Shown: positions 29,554 through 32,000 of the stretch, piece after piece | Layout: each line of letters opens with the position of its first letter | How positions within the stretch are numbered: the stretch's first letter is position 1 | Source of the DNA: Pasteurella multocida | Lineage (GTDB): Bacteria; Pseudomonadota; Gammaproteobacteria; Enterobacterales; Pasteurellaceae | Length of the DNA: 32,000 nucleotides | Assembly: GCF_900187275.1 (NCBI RefSeq) | Contig: NZ_LT906458.1 | Coordinates: 1,860,001-1,892,000 of the forward strand | Direction: 5' to 3' | The notes under the pieces: model-generated | Told to the model about the DNA's origin: nothing | The model's input: only the letters and a program-made list of their open reading frames with translations | Database searches by the model: none | Made by a program: the position numbers and the translations under genes

Positions 29554-30312
29554 TTAAAGTAGATACGCCGCGGCTTTGACGACAATTTCAACGGCATTTT
29601 TTTCAATATCTTTCACTGCGGCTTCATTTGGGATCTCTTGCTGTGTACGGTTAACAATGGCACCCGCGACCATACCAGCGCGTAAACCTAACGCAGAACA
29701 CATCGTAAATAAAGTGGCAGATTCCATTTCAAAGTTCATGACATTAAGATCTTGCCATTGTTTTAATGAACCTTGGAAGTGGCGATAGACTTTACCACTG
29801 TACGTATCATAACGTTCTTGACCTGGGTAGAATGTATCTGATGCAGCAGTAATACCCACATATACTTTTTGGTTGGCTAATTCTGTAGCAGCTTTGTAAA
29901 GCGCATTAGTACATTCAAAATTAGCAACCGCAGGGTACTCCATCGGGGCAAAGTGTAAACTTGCGCCGTCTAAGCGTACTGCGCCTGTGGTGACAAGAAT
30001 ATCGCCAACATTGATGTGTGGTTGAATTGCGCCGGTTGTGCCAATGCGTAAGAAGGTGCGAACACCTAATTGTGCCAGTTCTTCAACGGCGATAGAAACT
30101 GAAGGTCCACCGATCCCTGTGGAACAGACGACAACAGCTTTATCTCCGATATAACCGAGCCAAGAGGTGAATTCACGGGTCGATGCTAAAAATTTTGGAC
30201 GGTCTAAAAGCTTGGCAATTTTTTCGACACGTTCTGGGGCGCCTGGGGTAATCGCTAAAGTGGCGCCTTCTAACATCGCTTTGGTTAAACCTAGATGGAA
30301 TACTTCTGACAT
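29554..30312 (-). CDS. udp: uridine phosphorylase
   Basis: 252-aa [11 protein letters not shown]..., [28 protein letters not shown] and FEMESATLF are the Udp/PNP-UDP family blocks. Confidence 0.92.
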   Translation of the reverse strand: MSEVFHLGLTKAMLEGATLAITPGAPERVEKIAKLLDRPKFLASTREFTSWLGYIGDKAVVVCSTGIGGPSVSIAVEELAQLGVRTFLRIGTTGAIQPHINVGDILVTTGAVRLDGASLHFAPMEYPAVANFECTNALYKAATELANQKVYVGITAASDTFYPGQERYDTYSGKVYRHFQGSLKQWQDLNVMNFEMESATLFTMCSALGLRAGMVAGAIVNRTQQEIPNEAAVKDIEKNAVEIVVKAAAYLL

Positions 30313-30334
30313 AATATCTCCTTATTTTATTATG

Positions 30335-30787
30335 CTAGGGTTTAATATCACGCAAAATTGGATTTTGCATTGAGATTAAAGTCTCAGTCGATTGAATTTC
30401 ATCAATTAACTGAATTTTTGAGGCTAATACAGAATGTAACTCTGCGATTGTGTGGGTCATCACTTTAATAAAAATCGAGTAATTTCCCGTGGTATAGTAA
30501 GCCTCAACAACTTCATCAAAGCCCTCCAGTTTTTTGATCACTTTATCGTAATCTTTTGCACTTTTTAAAATGATCCCGATAAAACAGCATACATCGTAAC
30601 CCAGTTTACGTTCATTTATACGCACTTTTGTGCCTTCTATGATGCCTGCTTGGCGCATTTTTTCCACACGTACATGGATAGTTCCTGGGCTCACACCGAA
30701 ATTTTTTGCCATTTCAGCGTAAGGTGTACGTGCATCTTTAGTTAAAACACGCAATATTTGCTGATCAAGATTATCAATATTGTGCAT
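30335..30787 (-). CDS. asnC: Lrp/AsnC-family transcriptional regulator AsnC
   Basis: 150-aa ORF. FGVSPGTIHVRVEKMRQAGII, GYDVCCFIGIILKSAKDY and EAYYTTGNYSIFIKVM are near-identical to E. coli AsnC blocks. It is divergent from asnA. Confidence 0.92.
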   Translation of the reverse strand: MHNIDNLDQQILRVLTKDARTPYAEMAKNFGVSPGTIHVRVEKMRQAGIIEGTKVRINERKLGYDVCCFIGIILKSAKDYDKVIKKLEGFDEVVEAYYTTGNYSIFIKVMTHTIAELHSVLASKIQLIDEIQSTETLISMQNPILRDIKP

Positions 30788-30944
30788 AGCTGACCTTTTT
30801 TAGAATTTTTTCAAAAATAAATACGTTATATTGTATAAAATTCAAAGTATATCGCTTATTTCAAAAAAAGTATTGAGTTATAGGGCTTTTGTATTAAATA
30901 ATATTCAGTGAATTTGATGTAGTATATATTTTAAGGTATCGAAA

Positions 30945-31937
30945 ATGAAGAAATCATTTATTTTACAACAACAAGAAATTAGTTTTGCGAAGAACACGTT
31001 CACAGAAAAATTAGCAGAACATTTGGGTATTGTTGAAGTTCAAGGTCCTATCCTAAGCCAAGTTGGTAATGGTATTCAAGATAATCTTTCAGGTGCAGAG
31101 AAAGCGGTGCAAGTAAATGTGAAACAGATCACAGATGCCACCTTTGAGGTTGTTCACTCTTTAGCCAAATGGAAACGTCATACACTTGCGCGCTTTAATT
31201 TTGCACAAGGTGAAGGGTTATTTGTGCATATGACGGCACTTCGTCCAGATGAAGATTCTTTAGATCAAACCCATTCTGTGTATGTAGATCAATGGGACTG
31301 GGAAAAAGTGATTTCAGCAGAGCAACGTAACCTTGCCTATTTGAAAGAAACTGTTCGTGCTATTTATGCCGCGATTTTAGAAACGGAAGAAGCGGTAAGT
31401 AAAAAATTCGGTTTAGCCACCTTTTTGCCAAAGGATATTCAGTTTGTACACAGTGAAGAATTAGTACAACGTTTTCCGAACATGAATGATAAAGAGCGTG
31501 AAAATGCGATTTGTAAAGAATATGGCGCGGTGTTCTTAATCGGGATTGGTGGCAAATTATCTGATGGAAAACCACATGATGTACGTGCACCTGATTATGA
31601 TGACTGGACAACGCCATCAGAAGGTGAATACAAAGGATTAAACGGGGATATTTTGGTTTGGAACCCAATTTTAGAACGTGCTTTTGAATTATCTTCCATG
31701 GGGATCCGTGTGGATGAAACCGCATTACGTAAACAGCTTGCTTTAACCAACAATGAAGACCGTTTAAAATTTGATTGGCACCAAGATTTAGTCAATGGTC
31801 GTTTACCGTTATCTATCGGTGGTGGGATTGGGCGCTCACGCTTAGTGATGTTGCTATTACAGAAAAAACACATTGGTGAAGTCCAATCCAGTGTGTGGCC
31901 AAAATGGGTGATGGAGCAGTTTGATAATATTCTTTAA
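30945..31937 (+). CDS. asnA: aspartate--ammonia ligase (asparagine synthetase A)
   Basis: 330-aa ORF. It reads as a class-II aaRS-like AsnA ([42 protein letters not shown]). Confidence 0.93.
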
Positions 31938-31967
31938 TTATCGTTATTTGTTTCCCTCTTGAACCAA

Positions 31968-32000
31968 AAGTGCGGTGGTTTTTTCCAAGATTTCCACCGC
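31968..32000 (+). terminator. asnA terminator, left USS arm plus start of right arm (cut by window edge)
   Basis: AAGTGCGGTGG (31968-31978) ... CCACCGC (31994-32000). The design matches the GST terminator at 2538-2585. Confidence 0.6.

Overview
This window looks like a Pasteurellaceae chromosome, probably Haemophilus or Aggregatibacter. The genus call rests only on my by-eye reading of the 16S and of protein similarities. The Hin-type uptake signal sequence core AAGTGCGGT occurs at least 12 times perfectly. Most of the window is conserved housekeeping. In order: zwf (5' truncated), pgl, a GST, a 112-aa hypothetical, a GNAT and gnd; a Cof-type HAD hydrolase; comF-nfuA; tfoX/sxy on the minus strand; a complete rrn operon (16S, tRNA-Glu-UUC, 23S, 5S) with two promoters, boxA elements, processing stems and a terminator; def-fmt-rsmB-[GT2 glycosyltransferase]-trkA and mscL; rraB; a SIMPL/DUF541 protein; slyD. 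An accessory-looking segment follows: a TnpA-only IS200-like element, a DUF465/YdcH-like gene, an orphan low-molecular-weight protein tyrosine phosphatase, and a 1246-aa trimeric autotransporter adhesin. The window ends with rimO, udp, asnC and asnA. I found no CRISPR array, prophage or recognisable multi-gene defence system, and I cannot honestly point to a clear novel multi-gene system. The observations most worth a second look are: (1) a perfect CRP-S/competence-regulatory dyad upstream of a stand-alone comF, about 1.5-2.1 kb from the tfoX activator gene; (2) the large adhesin, with a roughly 600-aa head and three paralogous stalk modules, inside the IS200/PTP segment between slyD and rimO; (3) a GT2 glycosyltransferase wedged, with overlapping stop/start codons, into the otherwise conserved def-fmt-rsmB-trkA-mscL cluster; (4) two colinear copies of an unannotated intergenic element bracketing the GST plus 112-aa gene pair; (5) a roughly 460-bp ORF-free, C-poor spacer after the rrn terminator carrying clustered short motifs; (6) a 12-nt identity that makes the 5S terminator complementary to the 23S leader.
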